Positions 28,531 through 38,000 of a stretch of DNA of 64,000 nucleotides are shown piece after piece. Under the pieces are notes generated by a model. It saw only the letters and a list, made by a program, of their open reading frames with translations. It ran no database searches and had not been told where the DNA came from. The stretch is taken from NCBI GenBank assembly GCA_945870505.1, contig CAMBSN010000004.1, positions 3,538-67,537 of the forward strand, read 5' to 3'. The position numbers were made by a program, and so were the translations under genes. The stretch's first letter is position 1. Every line of letters begins with the position of its first letter. The stretch comes from Candidatus Kuenenia stuttgartensis. Its GTDB lineage: Bacteria; Planctomycetota; Planctomycetia; Pirellulales; UBA1268.

Positions 28531-29133
28531 TCACGCGGCGGCGGACCGCGGGTTTTGTCCGCCAGACTCGTCGCGGAGCGGCAGGACGGCCGGTTCCTCG
28601 CCAGCATGCTTGTCAGAAGGACCGGCGAGCCGGTCGAGTTCCATGGCGATCTCGTGCCGCCACGGCGCCCCGCTGTCACTACGGGAGAGTTTCTCGAGGG
28701 CCTTTTTGGCATCGGCGCTCCGGCCAGTCCGTCGCAGCAGCGAGGCATGGAGGAGTTGCGCCTCGCCGTCGGTGGGCGAGATGTCGAGGAGGTCCCGCAG
28801 CCGAGCCTCGGTCTGAACCCAGTCGCGGGCGAGATAGGCGTCGCGGGCCCGCGCGAAGAGTGCATCGGCGTCGTCCCGGCGGGGAACCGCGATTGCTGGC
28901 GGGAAAGCTGCCGCGGCCGACACGGTTGAGATCAGCCACAAAACGGCCACGGCCGTCCAGAGGCCGAGCGTGAACTGGATTTCCACCAGGCCCGGCCAGA
29001 TGAAGGTGGCGAGGATCGCCATGTCGACCGACACCGCGAACGCCATTGCCAGAAACAGCCCGGAGAGGCTGCCGCGCAGCCAGAGCCAGGGGAGGCCGGG
29101 CCAGACGAGCGTGAGGTAGCGGAGGGCGTGCAT
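28531..29133 (-). CDS. Membrane protein with C-terminal TPR-like region (hypothetical)
   Basis: 200 aa from the ATG at 29133. It has three hydrophobic segments (LTLVWPGLPWLWL, LFLAMAFAVSVDMAILATFIW, LGLWTAVAVLWLISTV), then ALFARARDAYLARDW...DGEAQLLHASLLRRTGR. Confidence 0.5.
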   Translation of the reverse strand: MHALRYLTLVWPGLPWLWLRGSLSGLFLAMAFAVSVDMAILATFIWPGLVEIQFTLGLWTAVAVLWLISTVSAAAAFPPAIAVPRRDDADALFARARDAYLARDWVQTEARLRDLLDISPTDGEAQLLHASLLRRTGRSADAKKALEKLSRSDSGAPWRHEIAMELDRLAGPSDKHAGEEPAVLPLRDESGGQNPRSAAA

Positions 29134-29249
29134 CGGGCCGCTCAGGGACGGTTTCGAGGGGGCGGGAGTGTAGGAGCGGGGCAGGCTTTCTCCAACTCCA
29201 AGCCGCCAGGCCCCATGGCGGGCGGCGGCGCGGTACAACGGGCAAGATC

Positions 29250-30353
29250 ATGGCAGCGGGCGAATCTGGCGGACTGGGCGGACAGGGAAGCACCACCGGC
29301 ATCTGGCGGGCGATCGACGCCTCGGCCAACCGGGCCGGCGAGGCCCTGCGGGTGCTGGAAGACGTTCTCCGGTTTGGCCTCGACGACGAGTACCTCACCC
29401 GACTGGCCAAGGACCTGCGGCACGACCTCGCCGGCGTGCTCTTGCGACACGGTCTCGGGCGGCGAACGGCGGCCCGAGACGTGATCGGCGATGTGGGCGC
29501 GGGGCTCGAGGCCGAGGCCGCGCTCTCCCGCAGCGGCTTGGCCGACCTCATCGCCGCCAATGCGGCCCGCGCAGCCCAGGCCCTTCGCAGCCTGCAGGAA
29601 TGCACTGCCGTGGTCGCCACCGAGGCCACGGCCGGGTTTGAATCGATCCGCTACCGGGTCTACACGTTGGAACGGGCGGCGACCACCGCGGTGCGGGCGA
29701 GCGATCGGCTTGCGGACGTGTCGCTCTGCGTACTCGTCGATGGCGGTCACGACGCGGCCGCGTTTGCGAGGCTCGTGGCGTCACTCGTCGAGGCGGGCGT
29801 GCGGATGTTTCAGATCCGTGACAAGTCGTTGCCCCTGCCGGTGCTCGCCGAGCGGGTGCGAACGGCGTTGGCGATCGTCCGCCGCGGCGGCGAGTTGGTC
29901 CGGCCGATCGTGGTGGTGAACGACCGGGTGGATGTGGCCGCGGCCCTGACGGCCGACGGGGCCCATGTGGGCGCCGACGATCTTCCCGTGCCGCTCACTC
30001 GCCGCGTCATCGGGCCGGAACGGCTCGTGGGCCGCACGGCGCACAGCGTCGCGGAGGCCCGCGCGGCCGTCATCGACGGCGCCGACTACCTCGGCATCGG
30101 GCCCTGCTTTGCGTCGCCCACGAAATCGTTCGCCGAGCACGCGCCCCCGGAGTTCCTGCGAACTGTCTGTGGCGAGGTGTCGCTGCCCACCTTCGCGATC
30201 GGGGGCGTCACCGCCGAGCGGCTCGAATCGCTGGTGTCGCTGGGGGTGAAGCGGGTGGCGGTCGCCTCGGCTGTGACTCGGGCTGCCGATCCGCCACGTG
30301 CCGCCCGCGAGTTGATGGCGGCGCTCGCGAGGCTTACGGCCCCTGCTCCTTGA
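29250..30353 (+). CDS. thiE: Thiamine-phosphate synthase with ~160-aa N-terminal extension
   Basis: 367 aa. The C-terminal ~200 aa have the ThiE pattern: MFQIRDKS, VNDRVDVAAALTADGAHVG.DD, GRTAHS, DYLGIGP.F.S.TK, FAIGGV. Confidence 0.8.
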   Translation: MAAGESGGLGGQGSTTGIWRAIDASANRAGEALRVLEDVLRFGLDDEYLTRLAKDLRHDLAGVLLRHGLGRRTAARDVIGDVGAGLEAEAALSRSGLADLIAANAARAAQALRSLQECTAVVATEATAGFESIRYRVYTLERAATTAVRASDRLADVSLCVLVDGGHDAAAFARLVASLVEAGVRMFQIRDKSLPLPVLAERVRTALAIVRRGGELVRPIVVVNDRVDVAAALTADGAHVGADDLPVPLTRRVIGPERLVGRTAHSVAEARAAVIDGADYLGIGPCFASPTKSFAEHAPPEFLRTVCGEVSLPTFAIGGVTAERLESLVSLGVKRVAVASAVTRAADPPRAARELMAALARLTAPAP

Positions 30354-30915
30354 GCAGGACGAGGATCGCCGCCGCGATGTCGGCCTCGTCGCTTGACCGA
30401 TAGCCGGTCCAGACGCGCCGGACGCGGGCATCGGCGCCGATTAAATACGTGGTCGGAAAGGCCTCGAGACCGTAGGCCAAGGAAAAGTGCGTGGCGACGA
30501 CGGCCTCGGAGAATCCCCAGGCCGCGATCGGCAGCTGTCGCGCCGCGAGGAACGAGGTCGTCTGGCGGGCGAGGTCGGCGTCGTCGCCCCCCGAGCCGCA
30601 GGAGACCGCAATGAGCTGGAAGCGGGGCTCGTCGTCGAGCCGCTGCGCGATCCGCACGAGGCCGGGCAGTTCCTTACGGCATGGCGGGCACCACGTGCCC
30701 CAGAAGTTGAGAAGCGTCACCTTGCCGGCGAGCGACGGCACAGGGATTGTCGCGTCGTCGAGCGACACGATCGGCAAGGGGCCCATCACGCGGCCCTCGG
30801 CGGGATGCGTTGGTCGCGGTACGTTGCAGCCAATCGCCACCAGGGCCAGCGTGAAGATCACGGCGACGAATGAGACACGGGCTATCATCGGTGAACCATC
30901 CACAAGCGTTCGCAT
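30334..30915 (-). CDS. TlpA-like thioredoxin-fold (redoxin) protein, membrane anchored
   Basis: 193 aa. It has an N-terminal TM helix and the motif VTLLNFWGTWCPPCRKELP. Its 3' end overlaps the convergent thiE 3' end by 20 nt. Confidence 0.8.
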   Translation of the reverse strand: MRTLVDGSPMIARVSFVAVIFTLALVAIGCNVPRPTHPAEGRVMGPLPIVSLDDATIPVPSLAGKVTLLNFWGTWCPPCRKELPGLVRIAQRLDDEPRFQLIAVSCGSGGDDADLARQTTSFLAARQLPIAAWGFSEAVVATHFSLAYGLEAFPTTYLIGADARVRRVWTGYRSSDEADIAAAILVLLKEQGP

Positions 30916-30967
30916 CAGGACGCCCCATCGCGCGAGCCATGGGCTTGAGCCCCGCAGGAGACGTCAA

Positions 30968-31612
30968 GTGTACGAAGTCGAGCTGAAGTATCGGGTGGCC
31001 GATGTGCCTGAGGTCGAAGCAGCACTTGAACGGCTTGGCGCGTCATGGCACGGCACGACCGAGCAGGTCGATCGTTACTTCAACCACCCGAGCCGAGATT
31101 TTGCAGTCACCGACGAGGCGTTGCGACTGCGGAGCACGGCCGTCGGTGTGGCGATCACGTGGAAGGGGCCGCGACTCGACGCGACGGCGAAGACCCGCCA
31201 TGAGATCGAACTGCCGCTGGCTTTGGCAGCGGTCCCAGCCGCTGCGGAGGCTTTGGCAGCGGTCCCAGCCGCTGCGGAGGCTTTGGCAGCGGTCCCGGCC
31301 GCTGCGGAGGCTTTGGCAGCGGTCCCAGCCACGCTTGACCGCTGGACCGGGCTGCTCGAGGTCCTCGGGTTTCGGCGGGTCCGCGAAGTGGTGAAGCGAC
31401 GGCGGCTGGCGACGGTGGCGTGGGAGGGCGCGGTGATTGAGGTGGCGCTCGACCACGTCGCGGGCCTCGGCGACTTCGTGGAACTCGAACTCCAGGCCGA
31501 GTCCGCCGGCATCGCCGTCGCGGCGGCTCGGATCGAATCGCTCGCACGGGAACTGGGCTGCACGAACCCCGAGCGCCGGAGCTACCTGGAGATGCTGCTC
31601 TCCAACCCGTAG
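30968..31612 (+). CDS. CYTH domain protein (class IV adenylate cyclase / triphosphate tunnel family)
   Basis: 214 aa from an in-frame GTG at 30968. The start VYEVELKYRV carries the CYTH ExExK signature. Further blocks: DRYFNHP, ALRLRS, ITWKGP, TRHEIELP, FVELE. The upstream ORF part overlaps tlpA antisense and was trimmed. Confidence 0.7.
   Translation: MYEVELKYRVADVPEVEAALERLGASWHGTTEQVDRYFNHPSRDFAVTDEALRLRSTAVGVAITWKGPRLDATAKTRHEIELPLALAAVPAAAEALAAVPAAAEALAAVPAAAEALAAVPATLDRWTGLLEVLGFRRVREVVKRRRLATVAWEGAVIEVALDHVAGLGDFVELELQAESAGIAVAAARIESLARELGCTNPERRSYLEMLLSNP
31220..31331 (+). repeat. 30-bp tandem repeat, 3.7 copies, in frame inside the CYTH gene
   Basis: The unit gctttggcagcggtcccagccgctgcggag repeats at 31220, 31250 and 31280, with a partial copy at 31310. 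There is one substitution in copy 3. It encodes (ALAAVPAAAE)n, and each unit holds a 7-bp stem, gcagcgg/ccgctgc. Confidence 0.9.
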
Positions 31613-31679
31613 GTGCAGGTTGTCAACCTGCACACGAATCGCGTGAGCCAGTTCGGCACCGCAGGTTACCAACCTGCGG
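31613..31679. repeat. Two REP-like hairpins (stem variants) between convergent genes
   Basis: gtgcaggtt-gtc-aacctgcac (31613-31633) begins 1 nt after the CYTH stop. ccgcaggtt-acc-aacctgcgg lies at 31659-31679. Confidence 0.7.
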
Positions 31680-31706
31680 CCACGTGGCGGGTGGCGGAAT
31701 GCGTCG

Positions 31707-32474
31707 TCAGAACGAGATGCATGCTCCGAAAGGCCCCACGTTGATCGTGGCCCTCCGTGGAGCAATGTCGGAGAAGGGGGGCGATCCGCCCCCGGCCCGA
31801 TAGGGTGAATGCGACGGCGCCGCACGGGCACGGGCGGCAGCCTCACGGGAAGCTGCCGACGTGGCCCGACGGCCGGCCGCGGCGCGTTCAGCCATCGCCC
31901 CCTGACGGGCCTCGACGCCTTGCTGCCGCTGCCGTAAGGCCGAACGCTTGGCATCGATCCGCTGGATCTCCTGCCAGAGTTGGGCCGCGTTCATGGTGAG
32001 CAGATTCGGAACCTCGCGCAGCTCCTGGGCCCGCCGGCCATCAGACATCGCCGAAAGGTACTCGCCGAGCCACGCCTTGGCATCTCGGGCTTCCGGGGTC
32101 TCGAGCAGTTTCAGCTTCGCCGCGATCGAGTCGAGCAGATACTCAAGCTCATACGACGTCATGCCATCCACGCGATCGTTGAACTGCATCTTGATCCGCC
32201 GGACTTCGCTTGGAGTATAGACGTTTTGTGTGGAAAGCCACGCTCCCAGTTCGGCGATCGCCTGTTGCCACTGGGAGCCGTGCATGATGTCGGCCTTACG
32301 GGCCATGTCGCCGTCGTCGTCAACGACGATGGACTCTGCGGCGTGGGCGGCGGAAGCCCACGTCGGGAGCAGCATGCTGCCGAAGAAGCCGGTCAGGACC
32401 AGGGCCGACCATGCCGCTCGCGTCAGCGACCGATTCAGGCCCGTCCGGAAGGAGAATGAAGATAGACGGCTCAT
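31707..32474 (-). CDS. Secreted hypothetical protein
   Basis: 255 aa from the ATG at 32474. The start overlaps the stop of the upstream gene by 4 nt. It has a signal/TM region (AAWSALVLTGFFGSMLLPTWASAAHA), a helical middle part and an Arg/Ala-rich tail. I recognise no family. Confidence 0.5.
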   Translation of the reverse strand: MSRLSSFSFRTGLNRSLTRAAWSALVLTGFFGSMLLPTWASAAHAAESIVVDDDGDMARKADIMHGSQWQQAIAELGAWLSTQNVYTPSEVRRIKMQFNDRVDGMTSYELEYLLDSIAAKLKLLETPEARDAKAWLGEYLSAMSDGRRAQELREVPNLLTMNAAQLWQEIQRIDAKRSALRQRQQGVEARQGAMAERAAAGRRATSAASREAAARARAAPSHSPYRAGGGSPPFSDIAPRRATINVGPFGACISF

Positions 32475-33550
32475 GGGGCGCTGCTCCTGGGCTTCCGGAT
32501 CCACGTCACACGCGGCGGCAAGCCTGAATCCGACTCCAGCCCCTCGGGCAGGGTTCGCCAGACGCACCGCTCTTTTCCGTCGTACGAGTAGATGTTCACC
32601 GAGGTCCGCTGCCGGCCGTCGGGCAGGATCGTGGTCAGCAGAGCGACCCACGAGTCGCCGTCGCGGAACCACGTCGCTTCGCCGCGGCTGCCGTCGCTGG
32701 CAAAACTCCAGGAACGGATCCGCCTGACGATCGGATCCCAGCCTATCCGCTGGTGCACGTCGATCATCTGAGGCGGATCATCACCTCCGGTCAGGTTTGG
32801 AATCCGAGCTTCGCGGATCAGGAAGGTGTGGCCGGCGTCCCAGCGGACCGACATGTCAGCCGCGGCCGCGGGAGCTTTCTGGTTCTCTACCTCGGCAACG
32901 AGGCTCCAGTCGCCGACCATCCACTCAAGATCGTTCAGCATGCTGCCATCGGTGGAAACGGGACGCTCCGACTCACGCAGGCCGGCGAGTTTCCAGGAGT
33001 CGCCACGACGAACCCAGATCGCCGAGAACCAACCCTCGATCGGGGTCGCCATGCCCGGCAGGACCACGTCGACCGAACCGTCCTCCAGGGCCACGTCGGC
33101 CGAGATCAGCCGCAGCCGAGTCTCGCCCACGTGAAACTCGGGCCGTGGACCAGCGGCAGGGTTGCCAGTGAGGACGCCGGACGCTTGGGCCTCGAACCGG
33201 TTTCCCCAGCCGTCCACGATGTCGCCGTCTGCGGTCCATGCGCCGCGGATGGCGTTGGCGTCTCCCTTGGACACCGCCTCCCGATAGGCCGTCGCGGCCG
33301 ACCGGATCGCCTCGACAACGGCAGCGGGCGCGGCATCAGCCACGGCGGCGGCACGCTCCTCACAGACGGCTGCTGCCGGCACGACAACGGGAACGAGGAG
33401 CGTCAGGGCGGCAACGACCCAGCAGGGTCTCCGCGACGAAGTCGATGAGCCTGTTCGTCCGAGTTCATTCCACGTTTCGCACCTCGTCTGAGGGTTCAGC
33501 CCGCCAACCACCTGAGGCACTATCGTAGGCAGTCCGTCGCCCACTGTCAT
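32471..33550 (-). CDS. Secreted protein with two NTF2-like (SnoaL/DUF4440-type) domains
   Basis: It has a hydrophobic signal (WVVAALTLLVPVVVPAAAV) and two repeats of the pattern A.DGD.V...G......W.RRGDSWK / RDGDSWVAL. The start is uncertain: ATG at 33550 or 33601, or 33649 for the full ORF. Confidence 0.55.
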   Translation of the reverse strand: MTVGDGLPTIVPQVVGGLNPQTRCETWNELGRTGSSTSSRRPCWVVAALTLLVPVVVPAAAVCEERAAAVADAAPAAVVEAIRSAATAYREAVSKGDANAIRGAWTADGDIVDGWGNRFEAQASGVLTGNPAAGPRPEFHVGETRLRLISADVALEDGSVDVVLPGMATPIEGWFSAIWVRRGDSWKLAGLRESERPVSTDGSMLNDLEWMVGDWSLVAEVENQKAPAAAADMSVRWDAGHTFLIREARIPNLTGGDDPPQMIDVHQRIGWDPIVRRIRSWSFASDGSRGEATWFRDGDSWVALLTTILPDGRQRTSVNIYSYDGKERCVWRTLPEGLESDSGLPPRVTWIRKPRSSAP

Positions 33551-33673
33551 GGAGGCGAGAGGGAAAACCCACGAGGCCTTCCGCGGCCTTTGGCCGCTCA
33601 TCAGGACACGTGAGAGAATAGCTCGTTTGGGTCGTTTTACCAGTGCCAAGCGGTTGGAGTCCGGACGACGGAC

Positions 33674-34843
33674 TCAGGGCCGAAACGCCACGCACATCGG
33701 GTTTGGCACCTCGACCGAGGTCCCCGTGAACGTCAACCGGCCCGTCTCGTCGTCGATGGTGAATACCGTGACGTTGTTCGATGCCTGGCCTCCCGCCAGA
33801 AGAAACTTTCCACCTGGGGCGATCGCGAAGTGCCGGGGCGTCTTCGCCCGAGTGGGCTCGACACCGAGGAACTCGAGAGTGTTGGTGTCACCCACGATCC
33901 GAAACATCGCGATCGAGTCGTGGCCGCGGTTGCTGGCATAGAGAAACGTGCCGTTTGGATGGACCGCGATCTCGGCGCAGGAAAAGCCGGTGCGGTCCGT
34001 CACGTCGGCCGGGAGCGTGGAGACGGTCTCGCCGGCGCTGAGTTCACCTCGATCGGCATCGTAGGTGAAGGCGGTGACTGTCAGGTCGAGTTCGTTGACA
34101 CACCAGGCGCGGTGACCATCGGGATGAAGGGCGAAGTGCCGCGGGCCGGCGCCGGCTTTCAGTCTCGCCGAGGAACGCGGCGCGAGCGTCGCCCGACCAC
34201 GGTCGAGGTCGTGAACGAAGACCCGATCCAGGCCGAGGTCACAGACCATCACGTGATTGCCATTCGGTGAGACATCGACCGAGTGGGCATGGGGCTTGTC
34301 CTGACGCCTTGGATGGATCCCCTCCTCGCCGGCCCGGTCATCGTGATGCTGCAGGAAGCCGCTGGCACCCTCCGCGGACGCCAGCGGCTTGAGCCGGCCG
34401 TCTTCGGCGAGCCCGAGGCAGGCCACGCTCCCGCCTGAGTAATTCGCTGCAAGGACGACCGTGCCCTCGCGATCGACGGTCACATGACATGGCCCGGTGC
34501 CACCCGTCGACTCCGCGCCGCGCGATTCCAGGGACCCCGTCGCCTCGTCAATTGCGAAGGCCTCGACCGCACCAGCAGGCTTGCCATCGGCACCCGTGAT
34601 CTCAGAGGCCGCGTAGAGCATCGGGAGCCGAGGGTGAAACGCCAGGAACGTGGGGTTCTTTGCCGTGCCGGCGAGCACAGGCTTCGTGATGGCGCCGGTG
34701 ACGGTGTCGAACCGCGCCACGGAGATGCCCTCCGACGTCGTCTTCGGCTTGGTGGTGGTGCCGAACCAGACAGGAACCTCGTCGGCCAGGGCGGCGGGTG
34801 AAAGCAGGGCGGCGGCGACGCAGAAGTCGCGAATAGACGGCAT
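33674..34843 (-). CDS. Lactonase family 7-bladed beta-propeller protein (6-phosphogluconolactonase-like)
   Basis: 389 aa. It has a signal peptide, MPSIRDFCVAAALLSPAALA, and repeated propeller motifs (NPTFLAFHP, GPCHVTVD, HAHSVDVSPNG, GPRHFALHPDG, FLYASNRGHDSI, PRHFAIAPGGKFLL). Confidence 0.8.
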   Translation of the reverse strand: MPSIRDFCVAAALLSPAALADEVPVWFGTTTKPKTTSEGISVARFDTVTGAITKPVLAGTAKNPTFLAFHPRLPMLYAASEITGADGKPAGAVEAFAIDEATGSLESRGAESTGGTGPCHVTVDREGTVVLAANYSGGSVACLGLAEDGRLKPLASAEGASGFLQHHDDRAGEEGIHPRRQDKPHAHSVDVSPNGNHVMVCDLGLDRVFVHDLDRGRATLAPRSSARLKAGAGPRHFALHPDGHRAWCVNELDLTVTAFTYDADRGELSAGETVSTLPADVTDRTGFSCAEIAVHPNGTFLYASNRGHDSIAMFRIVGDTNTLEFLGVEPTRAKTPRHFAIAPGGKFLLAGGQASNNVTVFTIDDETGRLTFTGTSVEVPNPMCVAFRP

Positions 34844-34890
34844 CGAGAAAAACCCTCATGCTGCCGGAAGGATGGGTGACGACACGACCG
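34829..34890. repeat. Copy 1 of a 62-bp module duplicated at two divergent start regions
   Basis: gcgaatagacggcatcgagaaaaaccctcatgctgc...atgggtgacgacacgacc matches 40967-41028: 36/37 and 17/18 identities in two blocks separated by 7 divergent nt. It contains the lactonase ATG and RBS. Confidence 0.8.
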
Positions 34891-35023
34891 ACCTCAAGCC
34901 TATGCCACCATCGTCCCATCCCTCCACGACGGCCGGCGGAGGACGCGATCGATGGATGGTGATGGCTGCTGGAATGGCCTATCCTGACAGCGGCGGAAGC
35001 CAGTCATCCGTGATGGGCATGCC

Positions 35024-38000
35024 ATGTCGGAACTTGAATCCCACGCCTCGGCCCCAGACGACGACCCCGATCACTCGGGGTTGAGTTTCGATGGCCTGAC
35101 GGCGTTCCTCGACCGGTCGGTCCCGAGCGACGACCCTCTCCCCCCCGGCACGCGCCTCGGGGACCAGACGATCGTCGGCCTGCTCGGCGAAGGTGGCATG
35201 GGGCGGGTGTACGAGGCGATCCAGGGGATGCCCTGCCGCACGGTCGCCGTGAAAGTCATCCGCTCGGGCGTGTTGTCTGCCAAGGCCATGAAGCGGTTCG
35301 AGTACGAGGCGCAGATCCTCGGCCGCCTGACTCATCAGGGTATCGCTCGGATCTACTGCGTCGGCACGCAGGCCATGGCCGGCGGAACGGTCCCGTACTT
35401 CGTGATGGAATACATCAACGATGCCCTGACGATCACTGCCTTCGCCAGCAAGCACGCGATCTCCACTCGTGACCGCGTCAGCCTCTTTCGCGAGGCCTGT
35501 CTCGCAGTCGCCCACGGCCACCATAAGGGAATCATTCACCGCGACCTGAAGCCGGGCAATATTCTAGTGGACTCGACCGGCCAGCCGAAGATCATCGACT
35601 TCGGCGTCGCCCGAAGCGCGGAGCAGCACCCGTCGTTCACGACGATGCTCACTGGCGACGGAAGCATCGTGGGCACACTGCAGTACATGTGCCCCGAGCA
35701 GTTCGGCGGGGTGGTGGACGACCTCGACGTCCGGGCCGATGTCTACGCGCTGGGCGTCATTCTGTACGAGCTTTTGGGCGGCAGGCTTCCGTACGACGTT
35801 CACCGGCGGCCCGTCCACGAGGTCGCCCGCCTGGTCACGGAATCCGACCCGCCGTCGCTCTCCACCGTGGATCACCGGCTGCGCGGCGACCTCGCCACGA
35901 TCGTGACGAAATGCATGGAGAAGGATCGCGGCCAGCGATACTCCAATGCCGCCGAACTAGCAGCGGATCTGGGCCGGCACCTCCGGGGCGAGCCAATCGC
36001 CGCCAAGTCGCCGCGGCTCGTTGATTCCCTCGTCCGCCTGGCCCGGCGACACCGGCTGGCGGCGATGGCGGCCGGGGCCGTGGCGACGGCCGTCGTGCTC
36101 GGCATGGTGGGGATCTCGATCTTCGCGATGCGTGCTGATCTCGCACGCCAGGAGGCGAACCGCCGGGCCCGTGAGGCCACGACGGAACGAGCGATCGCTG
36201 AACGCGAGAAGTCGCGGGCCGATATGGCGGCGGCGATCGCCCGGCAGCGGCTCTACGTTGCCAACCTGCAGGCGATCCGGTCATGCCTCGCCACCAAGAA
36301 CCTGCGGATGGCGCGGCAGCTTTTCGCTGATAACGTCGCGATCGCGGGGCGCGCACTTCCCCTCGAGATGCACTGCATCGAAGCGAATCTCGACGACGCC
36401 ATGGTTGTGCTCGATCTGCAGTCCGGACCGATCGCCGGCGTCGAGTATGCCGGCGACTCGGGAGTCCTGGTGGCGATCGTGAACACGTTTTCTTCGACGT
36501 CACCCGAGTCGAAAGACCCTGGAATGCAGGTATTCTTCCGGCCGTCGAACTTCACGCAGTACTCCATGTCGATCGCGCCACTGTTCTTCGCCTCGGGGGT
36601 CGATCACCTCCACTACGCGAAGCTCGCTTCCGTCAAGAGGGAGTTGGCTGACGCCCGCCTGGCCTGCATCGACGAGGCCTTTGCTCGTCGATCTCCCGTC
36701 GATTCCTCAATCAGACCTGTGGCGATCAGTCCGGATGGCCGTCGCATGGCATCCCTCGTGGCCGAGGGTGGGCTGCGGATCGTGGACATGCGATCTGGCC
36801 AGGAGGAGGCTCTCCTGATCGGACCTCGGGATCGGATGGCGCGGGCGACGTTCAGCCAAGACGGTCGCCGCATCGTCACGGTGGAGGCAAACAGCGTGCT
36901 CAGGCTCTGGGATGCCGACAGTGGCCGGCTCCTGACCACGTGTGGCGGTGAGGGCGGCTCGATCGGCGGCATCACATTCAGCGGTGACGGGTCGCGGTTC
37001 GCATTCCACGTCTCTCTCGGCAAGCGTCGGCAGGATCGCTTCCTGGTGTATGCCTCCGCCGACGGCCGGCAGCTCTCGGCCGTCGAGGTGCCGGCAGGGC
37101 TGACTGGCGATGAGCCACTCATCGCGCTGAGTCCAGACGGCAGCCGCTTGGTGACGAGCGCTCATGAATCCGACCTCCACGAGTGGGACACGGCCTCAGG
37201 CGGGCCTCTCGGCGATCTGCGGGGCCATGCCGCAATCGTGAAGGCCGTCGCCTTCAGCCCCGAGGGGGGCCGGATTGCCAGCGGCGCGGCGAACGGTCAT
37301 CTCCGGCTCTGGGATCCCACGACCCGGACTCTCGAGCGGGAGTTGATGGGGCACTGCGATGGTGTCATGTCGCTCGCCTTCAGTAGGGACGGATGTGCCC
37401 TGGCTTCGGGGGGCAGCGACGGCACGGTGCGGATCTGGCCGCTCGCGATCGCAACGCCCATGGCGGTCCTGGCGGGAGTGGCCGGGATGAACGCCGTCGA
37501 GTTCAGTCCCGATGGGACGCAACTGGCGGTGGCGCCGAAGGGAACCGATCACGTGGAACTGTGGAGCCCACGCACGGTCAGACGGCTTCGCACCCTCGTG
37601 GGCGGCACGGGCACCGTGGCACAGCTCGCCTACAGCCCCGACGGCCTGCGGGTCGCGGCCGCCTTCGCGACCCCGCAGCAGACCGGCGGTGTTCGTGTCT
37701 GGAGCACGCAGACGGGCGCGCTGCTCTCAACGTGCGGCGACCACTCGGTGGCCGCACACATGGTGACCTTCAGTCCCGATGGCACGCGGCTCTTGATCGG
37801 TTCCGGCAGGAGCAGCCTGGCCACGCACAAAGACGCCGCATCCCGCAGCTGGGTCATGACCTGGGATCTCCGTTCCGACAGCCCGCTCATGTCGGCTGAG
37901 GATGGCCGCATCGCCAGTTTGCCGACGACAGCCGCGGTCTTCGGGCTCGGGGGAACCCGCGTCGCCTGCCGGGCGGGCCACCTGCTGGACGCCGCCACCG

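Noticed and set aside
29134-29249. TPP riboswitch expected upstream of thiE.
   Set aside because: I could not find the conserved CUGAGA / ACCUGAUCUGGAUAAUGCCAGCG-type core in the 116-nt leader. A covariance-model scan would be needed to be certain.
34872-35084. 71-codon ORF starting MGDDTT upstream of and overlapping the kinase start, and the 34-codon TTG ORF at 40879-40983 (minus strand).
   Set aside because: Both arise from the duplicated 62-bp module. Beyond the shared first codons their sequences are unrelated and low-complexity. They are reported under the duplication finding, not as genes.
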